Shown here: positions 42,385 to 50,983 of the stretch, piece by piece | How the letters are laid out: each line of letters begins with the position of its first letter | Position numbering within the stretch: the first letter of the stretch is position 1 | Source of the DNA: an uncultured Pirellulales bacterium | GTDB taxonomy: Bacteria; Planctomycetota; Phycisphaerae; Sedimentisphaerales; Anaerobacaceae | Direction of reading: 5' to 3' | Assembly: GCA_964354365.1 (NCBI GenBank) | Contig: CAYGZM010000004.1 | Span: forward strand, 1,559 to 65,558 | Length of the DNA: 64,000 nt | The notes under the pieces: model-generated | Seen by the model: the letters and a program-made list of their open reading frames with translations, nothing else | Database searches by the model: none | Told to the model about the DNA's origin: nothing | Position numbers and translations under genes: made by a program

Positions 42385-44511
42385 ATGGCGGTTTCTAACA
42401 AATCGAGATTGGCGCCGATGGGGTCGCTCGATCCCCCATTTACCTCACAAAGCAACGTCATCCTGACTGTCGGCCTCGTCACCATCCTCGCTACGCTCCT
42501 GATACCTTTGCCGACCATGTTGCTCGACGCCCTCCTGGCCGCCAGCATCTCCCTTTCTATTGCCGTCCTGATAGTAACCCTCTCCTCAAAAGAAGCGCTC
42601 GAATTATCCACCTTCCCCTCACTGCTGCTCTTCGTAACGCTCTTTCGACTCTCTCTCAACGTCGCCTCCACCAGGCTCATACTCCTCCAGGGAAACGCCG
42701 GCAAAATCATCCAGACCTTCGGTGATTTCGTCGCGGGCGGAAGCTTCGTCGTCGGACTCGTTATATTCCTCATACTCGTCGTCATACAATTCATTGTCAT
42801 CACAAAAGGCGCCGAGAGAATCAGCGAAGTTGCCGCGAGATTCACACTCGACGCTATGCCCGGAAAGCAAATGGCCATCGACGCCGACCTCAACGCCGGA
42901 ATGATCACCGAAGTCCAGGCAAACGAAAGAAGAGCAAAAATCGTCAAGGAAAGCGAATTCTACGGAGCTATGGATGGCGCCAGCAAATTCATCCGGGGCG
43001 ACGCAAAGGCCGGAATCATCATTACCGCAATCAACATCATCGGCGGCATCGCCATGGGATATTCACGCGGCCTGCCTATTGCCGCCGCAGTAAGGACATA
43101 TTCCATCCTCTCCATCGGCGACGGACTCGTCAGCCAGATACCTGCGATGATTATCTCCATAAGCTCCGGCTTCCTCGTTACAAAAATCTCCTCGAAGTAC
43201 AGTGTCGGCCAGGACCTCAGCAGACAATTCTTCAAGGCGAGCGAGCCGCTCACCATCGCATCTTTTATAATCGCCGCAATGGCTCTTGTGCCCGGCCTGC
43301 CCCCGGTGCCCTTCCTGCTTCTGGCCGCAGGCACTGCTCTGACAGGGCGTATGGCTGCCAAATCAGAAGAATCCCACCCACAAATACCCCAGGCGCCACA
43401 GCAGCAGCCGACAGACAAACAACCCGTCGAAGACCTCCTCGACCTCGACCGAATCTCCGTCCAGGTCGGCGTCAGACTAATTGCGCTCGTTGACCCGCGA
43501 AAGCAAAGCACAATCTTCGACCGCATCGGAGCGCTGAGAAGAAAATTCGCCCAGGAGTTCGGTATCATTATGCCCCTGGTCCGCCTCCGAGACAATATCA
43601 ACCTCGAACCGGCAACCTACCAAATCCGAATATTCGACCACATCGTTGCCGAGGGACGCCTTGAGCCCAATATGTTCCTCGCTATGGACGCCGGCAGTGT
43701 CCGCGAAAAAGTCGGCGGAATTAAGACCGCCGAACCGGTGTACGGGCTGCCCGCTCTGTGGATCGCGCCAAACGACAAGGAAAAGGCCGAGCTCAACGGG
43801 TACACCGTCATCGACCCCGAATCCGTCTTCATCACCCACCTGTCCGAAACGCTCAAAAAGCACGCCGACGAGCTGCTGACGCGCGAAGACGTCCAGCTCC
43901 TCGTTGACCGACTTCGAAAAACCCAACCCTCATTGGTCGGAGAAGTCGTCGGCGAGCTTGTCCCGATCGGCTTGCTCCAGCGAGTCCTCAGAAATCTCCT
44001 CAACGACAGAATACCCATTCGTGAGCTAACCACTATACTCGAATCGCTCGGAGAGCACGCCGCAAGAACCAAGAACACAAACGTCCTTACCGAGCTGGTC
44101 AGAAAATCCCTTGGCAGAACCATCACGGAGCAGTACAAAAACCAGACCGGCAGAATATCCGCCATAACGCTCGAACCGGTCCTCGAACACCGAATGAGCG
44201 CCGCCCTCCAGCAGGATGCCGAACAGCTCAACCTCGCCCTGCCGACGGACCTGGCAATGGATATAAGCCGACAAATCGCACGCGCCTGGAAAACGGCAAT
44301 GGACAAAGGTATGGAGAAAATCGTCTTGCTCTGCGATTCAAGATTGCGCAGCTCGTTGGCCGCCATGCTCGCCCGAACGGTCCCCCCGCTGCCCATCGTC
44401 GCTTACGACGAAATCGTCCTCGGAACCGAAATAGACCCGGTGCAGGTTATAGCCCTTCCGCAAACCGCCCAAACTGAGCCAAGAGACGCAGAGCTTGTCA
44501 GTGCATTTTAG
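42385..44511 (+). CDS. flhA: Flagellar export apparatus protein FlhA
   Basis: 708 aa. The N-terminal TM region contains FPSLLLFVTLFRLSLNVASTRLIL and the FHIPEP-type loop ERISEVAARFTLDAMPGKQMAIDADLNAG. The C-terminal cytoplasmic domain is present. Confidence 0.95.
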   Translation: MAVSNKSRLAPMGSLDPPFTSQSNVILTVGLVTILATLLIPLPTMLLDALLAASISLSIAVLIVTLSSKEALELSTFPSLLLFVTLFRLSLNVASTRLILLQGNAGKIIQTFGDFVAGGSFVVGLVIFLILVVIQFIVITKGAERISEVAARFTLDAMPGKQMAIDADLNAGMITEVQANERRAKIVKESEFYGAMDGASKFIRGDAKAGIIITAINIIGGIAMGYSRGLPIAAAVRTYSILSIGDGLVSQIPAMIISISSGFLVTKISSKYSVGQDLSRQFFKASEPLTIASFIIAAMALVPGLPPVPFLLLAAGTALTGRMAAKSEESHPQIPQAPQQQPTDKQPVEDLLDLDRISVQVGVRLIALVDPRKQSTIFDRIGALRRKFAQEFGIIMPLVRLRDNINLEPATYQIRIFDHIVAEGRLEPNMFLAMDAGSVREKVGGIKTAEPVYGLPALWIAPNDKEKAELNGYTVIDPESVFITHLSETLKKHADELLTREDVQLLVDRLRKTQPSLVGEVVGELVPIGLLQRVLRNLLNDRIPIRELTTILESLGEHAARTKNTNVLTELVRKSLGRTITEQYKNQTGRISAITLEPVLEHRMSAALQQDAEQLNLALPTDLAMDISRQIARAWKTAMDKGMEKIVLLCDSRLRSSLAAMLARTVPPLPIVAYDEIVLGTEIDPVQVIALPQTAQTEPRDAELVSAF

Positions 44512-44520
44512 TTAAGTTAT

Positions 44521-44566
44521 AGGGTGGGGCTTTGCCCCACCGAACTGGTGGGCCAAAGCCCACCCT
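44521..44566. repeat. Family B double-hairpin repeat just after the flhA stop (possible terminator/attenuator)
   Basis: AGGGTGGGGCTTTGCCCCACCGAACTGGTGGGCCAAAGCCCACCCT is the inverted counterpart of the core of the 19625-19737 element. Confidence 0.8.
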
Positions 44567-44588
44567 ACGCAGAAAGGAGCAAACGTTT

Positions 44589-44828
44589 ATGCCGCTGAAC
44601 ATCCGGTCAACCGCGGTTAGCATCGCCGTTATATGCTTCTTCGGCATCAGTATTATAGCCTGGCTCAGCGGCCTCTCGCCATCCACCTGCTGCAAAAGAG
44701 CGCTAACCGGAGCACTGCTGGCTTATATCGCAGCCGTCTTCGCGCTGAAGGCCATAAACGCCATCTTGATCAGTGCAATGGTGGAAAATCAAATGCGTCA
44801 ACAGAAGGAACACAACAGTGGCGACTAA
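44589..44828 (+). CDS. Small (79 aa) two-TM membrane protein of unknown function between flhA and fliA
   Basis: Strong SD (AAAGGAG) 8 nt upstream of ATG 44589. Hydrophobic segments AVSIAVICFFGISIIAWL and LTGALLAYIAAVFALKAINAILI. The longer ORF start (44532) lies inside the repeat. Confidence 0.6.
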   Translation: MPLNIRSTAVSIAVICFFGISIIAWLSGLSPSTCCKRALTGALLAYIAAVFALKAINAILISAMVENQMRQQKEHNSGD

Positions 44829-45621
44829 CACTGAAAATATCCCCGAATGCCCGCTCGTCGAGGACAGCCAAAAGCGGCTCAGAACCGCCGCCCGGCGAGC
44901 GTACGCCGGCCAGAAGCAACAGCTTATCGATAACGACCGGATCGCCGAGCTGTTGCCGCTGGTCCATAACGTGGTTCAGAGGGTCGTGGCATACCTTAAG
45001 CCCCCGCTGTCCTACGAAGACTTGATCTCAGCAGGCACGCTCGGACTCGTCAAAGCCGCCAGAGACTATGACCCCTCCTTCCAGGCCGAATTCAAAACCT
45101 ACGCCTATATCAGAATCAGAGGCGCCATCCTCGACGAGCTCAGAAACTGGTCCTTCGTCCCTGCAAATGTTGATAGGCAAATCCGCGAAACACTCCAGGC
45201 AAGCCTCGAAATCATCGACCGCACCGGTTTGACGCCCACGGATATCGAGCTGGCCGAGAAACTTGATATCACCATAGATCAGCTCTACGACATATTCGAA
45301 AGCGCACGTGCAAAACACTTTGTCTCTATCGACAGTTCCCCCGAAGATTCACCGCCGCTGGGAGAATTCCTCGCCGCAGAAAATACAAGCACGCCACACG
45401 ACCGCGTTGAAAAAAATGAGCTTATTGATCAGTTGACCGAGGCCATCAGCCATTTGGACGCCAGACAACGCCAGATAATCATACTCTACTATCAGCAACA
45501 ATTGACAATGAAGCAAATAGCCCAGGTTTTTGATATTACCGAACCACGGGTCAGCCAGCTGCACGCAAGTGCTTTGTTCAGATTGTCCTTGAAATTGAGG
45601 CAATGGAAAGATGCCAGATAG
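44773..45621 (+). CDS. fliA: Flagellar sigma factor FliA (sigma-28)
   Basis: Region 2 LISAGTLGLVKAARDYDPSFQAEFKTYAYIRIRGAILDELR. Region 4 LTMKQIAQVFDITEPRVSQLHASAL. There is no ATG near the 5' end. The start is GTG 44773 or GTG 44818 (preceded by GAAGGA), so it remains uncertain. Confidence 0.9.
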   Translation: MQWWKIKCVNRRNTTVATNTENIPECPLVEDSQKRLRTAARRAYAGQKQQLIDNDRIAELLPLVHNVVQRVVAYLKPPLSYEDLISAGTLGLVKAARDYDPSFQAEFKTYAYIRIRGAILDELRNWSFVPANVDRQIRETLQASLEIIDRTGLTPTDIELAEKLDITIDQLYDIFESARAKHFVSIDSSPEDSPPLGEFLAAENTSTPHDRVEKNELIDQLTEAISHLDARQRQIIILYYQQQLTMKQIAQVFDITEPRVSQLHASALFRLSLKLRQWKDAR

Positions 45622-45823
45622 CGATTACAACATAATCAAGTCGGTGGAAAACCTGCAAACTATCGGAGGTTTGACCCCGGTGAATAAGCAAAATGAAAAA
45701 AAACGGCGCCAAAATACTCAGCAGCAAGAGCAACAGCAGCCAGGCGAATCAGGCGAAGCCGACCGCAAAAAGAAAACTGCAAAAGACCAGCCGGACCGCC
45801 CTTCCATCGATTATTGCGCTTGA
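45611..45823 (+). CDS. Small (70 aa) highly charged protein, unknown function, translationally coupled to fliA
   Basis: The ATG lies 11 nt inside the fliA 3' end. MPDSDYNIIKSVENLQTIGGLTPVNKQNEKKRRQNTQQQEQQQ... is a low-complexity Lys/Gln/Glu tail. I recognise no family. Confidence 0.45.
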   Translation: MPDSDYNIIKSVENLQTIGGLTPVNKQNEKKRRQNTQQQEQQQPGESGEADRKKKTAKDQPDRPSIDYCA

Positions 45824-45862
45824 CTTGACAGACCCCTTTGGCGCGGCAAGAGCAGATGAACC

Positions 45863-46117
45863 ATGACAAAAACCGCAACAAACATCTTAAAAAGCAGCGA
45901 CGTTAAAATAGAGGGCCGATTCCATCTCAACGTTGACCCCGGCGCTCATCCCGCGCCGCCGCGAAAGAATCGCGACCTCCCGCCGCAGGTCCGCATCGTT
46001 GAAAACCATCCCGGATTCGCCGTCCTGGAGCTGACCTGTTCCTGTGGAAACAAATCGTATATCAGGTGTGAGTATGACAATGCTCGGCCTGATGACCCCA
46101 AATCTCAACGGAACTAA
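45863..46117 (+). CDS. Small (84 aa) hypothetical protein
   Basis: ORF in the same orientation as the flagellar genes. Ends in VLELTCSCGNKSYIRCEY. I recognise no family. Confidence 0.4.
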   Translation: MTKTATNILKSSDVKIEGRFHLNVDPGAHPAPPRKNRDLPPQVRIVENHPGFAVLELTCSCGNKSYIRCEYDNARPDDPKSQRN

Positions 46118-46131
46118 CGAGGAAGAACGCT

Positions 46132-46743
46132 ATGCGAACCAACACAACAAAACTACGGTATCTGATTCTCACGGCCCTGGCAATCCTCTGCGCAGGCTGC
46201 ACAATCGAAAAGCCGGTCGAGCTTGTTGCCAGGCCCGACTCCACCGGAGGATTAGTCGGTAATGCAAATACGCCCAGAAGGTTCGAAGACCCCGCCGAAG
46301 GAGCGCCGACTGCCATCGAGTCCGCGATGGAGCTGTCGGCAAAATACGCAAAGCTCTCCGACGAAATGGCCGTGCTAAAACAGAAAAACCAGCAGCTACT
46401 CGCCGAGAACCAGGACCTCAAGGACCGACTTGCCCCCTGCCAGGCCCAGCTTGTGCAGGCCCAAAAGGAGCTGACTGAAGCCAACGACCTCCTTATCGAG
46501 ATGCGCGTTGAGCTAAACAACTGGCAGGCCAACGTCCTCGCATTCCGAGACGAGATGCGGGACGCCGACAAAGCCCAGCTCGAAGCACTGCTCAAGATAC
46601 TCCAAGTCCTCGGCGGCGAAACAAAAAACCAATCCGTCTCGGACCTCAAAAAGGATTCCACCAATACCGCGCCCCAGGAATCCAACCGAACTCAGCAAGA
46701 ATCCCCCCAGGCAGGGACTACTACAGGTGAGCTCAATGGATAG
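46132..46743 (+). CDS. Coiled-coil putative lipoprotein (203 aa)
   Basis: RBS GAGGAAG. Signal peptide LILTALAILCAGC (lipobox-like). Long heptad region LSDEMAVLKQKNQQLLAENQDLKDRLAPCQAQLVQAQKELTEANDLLIEMRVEL. Confidence 0.65.
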   Translation: MRTNTTKLRYLILTALAILCAGCTIEKPVELVARPDSTGGLVGNANTPRRFEDPAEGAPTAIESAMELSAKYAKLSDEMAVLKQKNQQLLAENQDLKDRLAPCQAQLVQAQKELTEANDLLIEMRVELNNWQANVLAFRDEMRDADKAQLEALLKILQVLGGETKNQSVSDLKKDSTNTAPQESNRTQQESPQAGTTTGELNG

Positions 46744-47398
46744 CCCAAGAACAATACCGCCGTCTGAAGCCGCAAAACGCGCAGTCTTGCGCGCCGCAAT
46801 GCTCCTGGCGCTTGCCTGCTTGCCCGGCTGCAATGTCATCTACAAAACCTCATTGCACCAGCCGGATTATTATTACCTCAATCCGCACAAGAACTTGCCC
46901 GCTGTCGGCAAGGTTGTCCTCCTCGATATGCACAACGACTCGAGCTACCCCCAAATCTCCGCCGATATGACAGAAGCCCTCTTCCAGGCACTGCAGAAAG
47001 AACAGCTCTTCAGCATCACCGTCGTCCGCCGGACCGATCCATCCTGGAAGAGCCTGCAATTGGATGCGGACGCGCCATACACGCTCCAACAGCTCGCAGA
47101 AATGCGAAAAGCCCTGAACTGCAATGCCGTTATCGTTGGCTCTGTTACCACATATCAGCCCTACCCCCAAATGATTATAGGACTGAGACTAAAGCTTGTG
47201 GACCTGACGGATGGACAACTGCTCTGGGCGCTCGAGCAAATCTGGGATACGACCGATAAAACAATGGAAAAACGTGTCAAAGACTATTATCAGGATCAAA
47301 TTCACTCCGGCTTCGGCCCTCTCCGCGAACAATTGGTCCTCGTCAGCTCGCTCAACTTCATCAAGTTCGTGGCGTATGAGGTGGCACAGACAATGTAG
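46736..47398 (+). CDS. Putative lipoprotein with LpoB/CsgG/FlgO-like alpha/beta pattern (220 aa)
   Basis: The ATG overlaps the upstream stop by 8 nt. Signal sequence AAMLLALACLPGC. VGKVVLLDMHNDSSYPQISADMTEALFQALQKEQLFSI ... CNAVIVGSVTTYQPYPQMIIGLRLKLVDLTDGQLLW resembles DUF799/FlgO/LpoB-type periplasmic lipoproteins. This is pattern recognition only. Confidence 0.55.
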   Translation: MDSPRTIPPSEAAKRAVLRAAMLLALACLPGCNVIYKTSLHQPDYYYLNPHKNLPAVGKVVLLDMHNDSSYPQISADMTEALFQALQKEQLFSITVVRRTDPSWKSLQLDADAPYTLQQLAEMRKALNCNAVIVGSVTTYQPYPQMIIGLRLKLVDLTDGQLLWALEQIWDTTDKTMEKRVKDYYQDQIHSGFGPLREQLVLVSSLNFIKFVAYEVAQTM

Positions 47399-47483
47399 AA
47401 GACGGCGCGAAATTACAAACACGCTAACTCGTCACAAAGAAGCACCGACTTTAGAAAAAATTTGATATTTTGCCGGAAAATCG

Positions 47484-47511
47484 TAAAGTTTTTGCAGAAT
47501 CATGCGAAAAG
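47484..47511 (+). promoter_or_regulatory. Candidate sigma-28 (FliA) promoter upstream of flgM
   Basis: TAAAGTTT (perfect -35 of the enteric consensus), a spacer leaving 16 nt after the TAAA core, then GCGAAAAG (partial match to GCCGATAA). It is 41 nt upstream of the flgM ATG. A second weaker candidate (GCCGGAAA at 47472) lies just upstream. Confidence 0.45.
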
Positions 47512-47551
47512 GACTATGAAACGAAAATTATAATGAGAAAACGATACTGCG

Positions 47552-47821
47552 ATGATAGATAAGATCAATGCCAATCAGATTCGAGACATCCTGGAGAAAT
47601 CGGCCTCCCAGCCCGCTAACTCCTCCAAGACCCCGACCGATAGCCAGCCGGATGCGTCGCTCCACGTTGACTTTGCGCCACTGATTGAAAACGCCGTGCA
47701 GTTACCCCAGACCGACGCCGACGCCGTCCGCAGGGCACAGCAGCTTTTGGCCTCCGGCCAGCTCGAAAGCCCCGAGAATATCCGAGCCGCCGCTGAAAAC
47801 ATCCTTGAATACGGCATATAG
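47552..47821 (+). CDS. flgM: Anti-sigma-28 factor FlgM
   Basis: 89 aa. The N-terminus is disordered and Ser/Pro-rich. The C-terminal helix AVRRAQQLLASGQLESPENIRAAAENIL is typical of FlgM. It lies in the fliA neighbourhood. Confidence 0.8.
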   Translation: MIDKINANQIRDILEKSASQPANSSKTPTDSQPDASLHVDFAPLIENAVQLPQTDADAVRRAQQLLASGQLESPENIRAAAENILEYGI

Positions 47822-48079
47822 AAGCTCACAGAAAAATATATCCAGAGGCCGACCACGGACGGTCGTTACCATAGCCCTAAAGGATTTATAAACTCGGCGA
47901 GGAAACGCGTACAACTGGCCCCCACCAGTTATCCCCACCTCGCCGTTCTTTTTTCTTCCGATTCGCCCTGTTCTGTATGGAGCTGCGCCGGCGCCGCCCG
48001 CCATTATACTACAGGTCACGCCCGACACCTTCCACGATGTATTGTTAGTACCGCATTTCGTAAGTCCCGCTACTATGAC

Positions 48080-48125
48080 GTCATTTCGACTGGAGCGATG
48101 CGAAGCATCGCGCAGCGGAGAAATC
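48080..48125. repeat. Family C repeat (GTCATTTCGAC ... GGAGAAATC)
   Basis: GTCATTTCGACTGGAGCGATGCGAAGCATCGCGCAGCGGAGAAATC. A sibling lies at 51603-51636. Confidence 0.8.
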
Positions 48126-48946
48126 TATTCATCTACAGTAGCAACTTACTCGCATAGTCGTCTTATTTGCGAAATGTGGTACCAGGCGCAGTTATATTGC
48201 CGCAATGCCGATACTGCCTGGGGGCCCCCTCTTGAAGGACCTGGTATGATCCTGGCTAAAAAGATCGCCCGTCACGCGTAGAAATCAAGAATCCGTCCCG
48301 CACAGTCTTCCTCGAAGGATATCCGTAACGAGCCGCGCCGAAATGTATAAGCCGTCGAATTGCCGGGGGAGTTGAACCTGACGTTCGCAGCGTCAACAGA
48401 ACCGCTCCAGCAGCCGTCGCCATCCCAGCACCCTGCTCGCCGCAATGCACCGCCGCTCCTCTTAAAAGGAACCGACCGGACAACCCTGCATGAGATTCTC
48501 TTTACCAATTCACCCACCTCCATTTGGTATAGATTGTAGCAGATTTCGCCCGACAAATCAAGCAGAATCTCATTCCCCCGGCTGATAAACAACCGGCCAA
48601 TCCCCTATCCACCAATGCCGCGAAAACCAAAGCGATATTATGGGAGTACCGACGAAAAGTTTATGCTTCATCCGGTTAATGAGTAGGTGGCCGTTGCAGG
48701 TCAGGACCTTGGAGTTGTCTGGAGAGAAAAATCGTTTGGGCAGATGGCCAAATTAGGGCAACCAGGGGGGTAATTTGGACCTCTGGGGCCCCGAACGATT
48801 CTTCTCGGTCTTCCGAATCCCGAAGTACACCTATCCATTATTCGGAAGAACCCAATTTATGATGGACACCGCCGGCCACGCCATTAGAATCTGTGTTTGA
48901 GCCGCCTTCGAAGATAGATTTTACCCTTTGGAAAAAGGGACCGTTG

Positions 48947-49147
48947 ATGCAGATTATCGCTAAATGCCCGCAATGCGGCAACGCCTGGCGCCTCGACGCC
49001 TCCGCAGCAGACAGAAGAATACGATGTCGCAAATGCCGCAGATTGTTCAAAGTCCCCAAACTCGAAGAGCTGCCAAAGGCAACCGAGACAATAAGGCAGG
49101 CAAAAGGCTCTATCTATGTTGACGAAGCCGGCAAAACCTACGGCTGA
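48947..49147 (+). CDS. Small zinc-ribbon protein (MJ0042-type CxxC...CxxC)
   Basis: MQIIAKCPQCGNAWRLDASAADRRIRCRKCRRLFKVP. RBS AAGGGA 8 nt upstream of ATG 48947. Confidence 0.6.
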   Translation: MQIIAKCPQCGNAWRLDASAADRRIRCRKCRRLFKVPKLEELPKATETIRQAKGSIYVDEAGKTYG

Positions 49148-49208
49148 AAGCGCCGCCCCCGCCCCCAAAAAAACACTGACTAATCCCCGTTCCACAAACA
49201 GCGTCTTC

Positions 49209-49271
49209 GTCATTCCTGCGAAAGCAGGAATCCAGTTCTCAGACGATAGACCCCTGCTTGCGCAGGGGTGA
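49209..49271. repeat. Family C repeat (GTCATTCCTGCGAAAGCAGGAATCC ... CCCCTGCTTGCGCAGGGGTGAC)
   Basis: Two perfect hairpins (CCTGC-GAAA-GCAGG and CCCCTGC-TT-GCGCAGGGG). Related to 32720-32785 and 57659-57770. Confidence 0.8.
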
Positions 49272-49323
49272 CTTCTCTGATTCTGCTTTCCGCGACAGAT
49301 GCCAACCAAGCCACAACACCGCC

Positions 49324-50238
49324 TCAACTCGCAGCCGCAACACCGCTAACTCTCGAATCGCTCGACGCCATCGACTTCAGTATCTCGACAAAACGCCCCA
49401 CCATAAACTCCGCAGGCCACGTCCGCTCAGAACGCTCAAGATTCTCCTGCGCCCACGCAAAAGCAAAAGGCAGCATCACCGCCTCGACCTCCGACCCCTC
49501 TAATTCGGCCGTCAGCTCACCCAGCGCCTGCGCGATACTCACCGGCATCGGCGCAACGTGCGAAGCATCCGTCCCCTCCGCCTGGCACACCAGCGCAGAA
49601 CCTGTCACTATGTGCTCCCGGCACACGACCGGCCTTCGCTCATACCAGCTGCATAGACCGCCGGACAACAACGGACACGTCGCCCCAAGACCCCCGTACC
49701 ATTCAGCGACCCGCCTTAGCTCCATCCCACCGTCCGCCCCGCCCTCTTCTCCCAATGTTGATCCTCCAGCTCCACAATCCAGAATCTTCTTCGCAGTATT
49801 CAGACAATCCCGTAATATCGACCTGCCCCGCTCACCCGGAAGCGACAGCACCTCTTCCCTGAACCGAAAAACCTCGGGTACCGACAACGGAACAAGATAA
49901 CTGCAGCACCGCGAGCAGCCCTTGCGGCACGCAACATACTCCCCCCTGCTCCTTAGCCCCTCCACCACTAACAGCACTATCTCACTGGCCAGTCTCCGCG
50001 CTAATGGCGTTATGTCCGAAAGCCGCGCCTGACTTGGAGCAACACTTATTCGAAAATCCACCATCCTGCCGAACACATCAAGCTCGAAACCGAAACTCTC
50101 TGTGCAGCAACCGCCCCGGCCCGCTTTCTCCTCAGGCCCGCCCAATACCATCACACCCGAACTCTCGTTCATTAGCAGCTCTCCGCCCCCCCGCTCACAA
50201 TAGCTTCGCCCAAAAACACCCTCTGAAATCACAATCAC
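49324..50238 (-). CDS. YkgJ/UPF0153-type cysteine-cluster protein (CxxCxxCC family, which includes the flagellin lysine N-methylase FliB)
   Basis: CRKGCSRCCSYLVPL and CPLLSGGLCSWYERRPVVCREH are the two hallmark Cys clusters. The exact start is uncertain. Confidence 0.7.
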   Translation of the reverse strand: MIVISEGVFGRSYCERGGGELLMNESSGVMVLGGPEEKAGRGGCCTESFGFELDVFGRMVDFRISVAPSQARLSDITPLARRLASEIVLLVVEGLRSRGEYVACRKGCSRCCSYLVPLSVPEVFRFREEVLSLPGERGRSILRDCLNTAKKILDCGAGGSTLGEEGGADGGMELRRVAEWYGGLGATCPLLSGGLCSWYERRPVVCREHIVTGSALVCQAEGTDASHVAPMPVSIAQALGELTAELEGSEVEAVMLPFAFAWAQENLERSERTWPAEFMVGRFVEILKSMASSDSRVSGVAAAS

Positions 50239-50261
50239 CCGGCTGTCTTCACAGCAAGTGA

Positions 50262-50786
50262 TTATCCTCCCCCCGCCTTCCCTGCATCATCCGGTTTCTC
50301 TTCGGTTTCCTTCAACGGGGCCTCATCACCCCCACAAGGCTCCAATACCCCTGTGCGAGGGTCCCCGCCGGCCTGCTCTCCCGTCTTTGCCCTGAGCTGC
50401 TCGACCACCGCATTCTTGGGCGGTTCAATACCCAGCGCCTTCTCAATCCTTGCCACTCGCTCCGAAAGGCCGGCAAGCTTGCCATTGATGGAGTCCAGTG
50501 TCTTTCCAATGCTCTTCAAATCCACGTTGACGCCGCTGAAATTCCTTTCGGTCAAAGCCATATACCGCTCCATCAACCGCTCGTACGCATCTATCGCACG
50601 CGCCGCGTCCGTCCTATTCTCCGGCAGCCTTATCTCAGGCCTGACCTCATAAGTCCTTTCGTAGCCCTCAATTACGCCCGAATACCACGCAACCGCCGCG
50701 CACACAATCACGCCCGCGGCAATGCCAAATATACCCTTTTTTGCTCTCATCGGCTTTGTCCCATTCTGTACACTTTGCGTTTCCAA
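50262..50786 (-). CDS. Membrane-anchored coiled-coil protein, unknown function
   Basis: TM helix GIFGIAAGVIVCAAVAWYSGVI, then a helical region DAYERLMERYMALTERNF ... INGKLAGLSERVARIEKALG. Acidic/Gly tail. Confidence 0.5.
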   Translation of the reverse strand: METQSVQNGTKPMRAKKGIFGIAAGVIVCAAVAWYSGVIEGYERTYEVRPEIRLPENRTDAARAIDAYERLMERYMALTERNFSGVNVDLKSIGKTLDSINGKLAGLSERVARIEKALGIEPPKNAVVEQLRAKTGEQAGGDPRTGVLEPCGGDEAPLKETEEKPDDAGKAGGG

Positions 50787-50983
50787 ACCTCTCTGGCATT
50801 ATCGGCCAAAACAACCCCCTAAAATACCAAACATTGCCAAAATTTCCCACCCTGCCCGCCCCCAATCTGAGATATGAAACTTGAAATCTTGAATTGACCC
50901 TCCCCCTCCGTCCCGTCATTGCAAGGCCGCCAGGGGCGGGGCAATCTGTCGTCCGGCAAGCAGAGTAAGCTGTTTGTGCGTTT

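Noticed and set aside
41910-42947. 345-aa ORF on the minus strand. Similar long antisense ORFs lie at 43617-44396, 42960-43601, 24673-25398, 18634-19956 and 37720-38466.
   Set aside because: Each lies antisense to a gene with strong family signatures (fliN/flhA, flgI, the TPR-GT gene, the secreted protein). Their translations are low-complexity Ser/Pro/Arg/Ala-rich sequences typical of shadow ORFs in GC-rich DNA.
48335-48375. The minus-strand string GGTTCAACTCCCCC resembles a tRNA/tmRNA T-arm.
   Set aside because: The flanking bases (TCAGG versus CCCCC) cannot form the 5-bp T-stem. No acceptor stem, CCA context or anticodon arm could be drawn.
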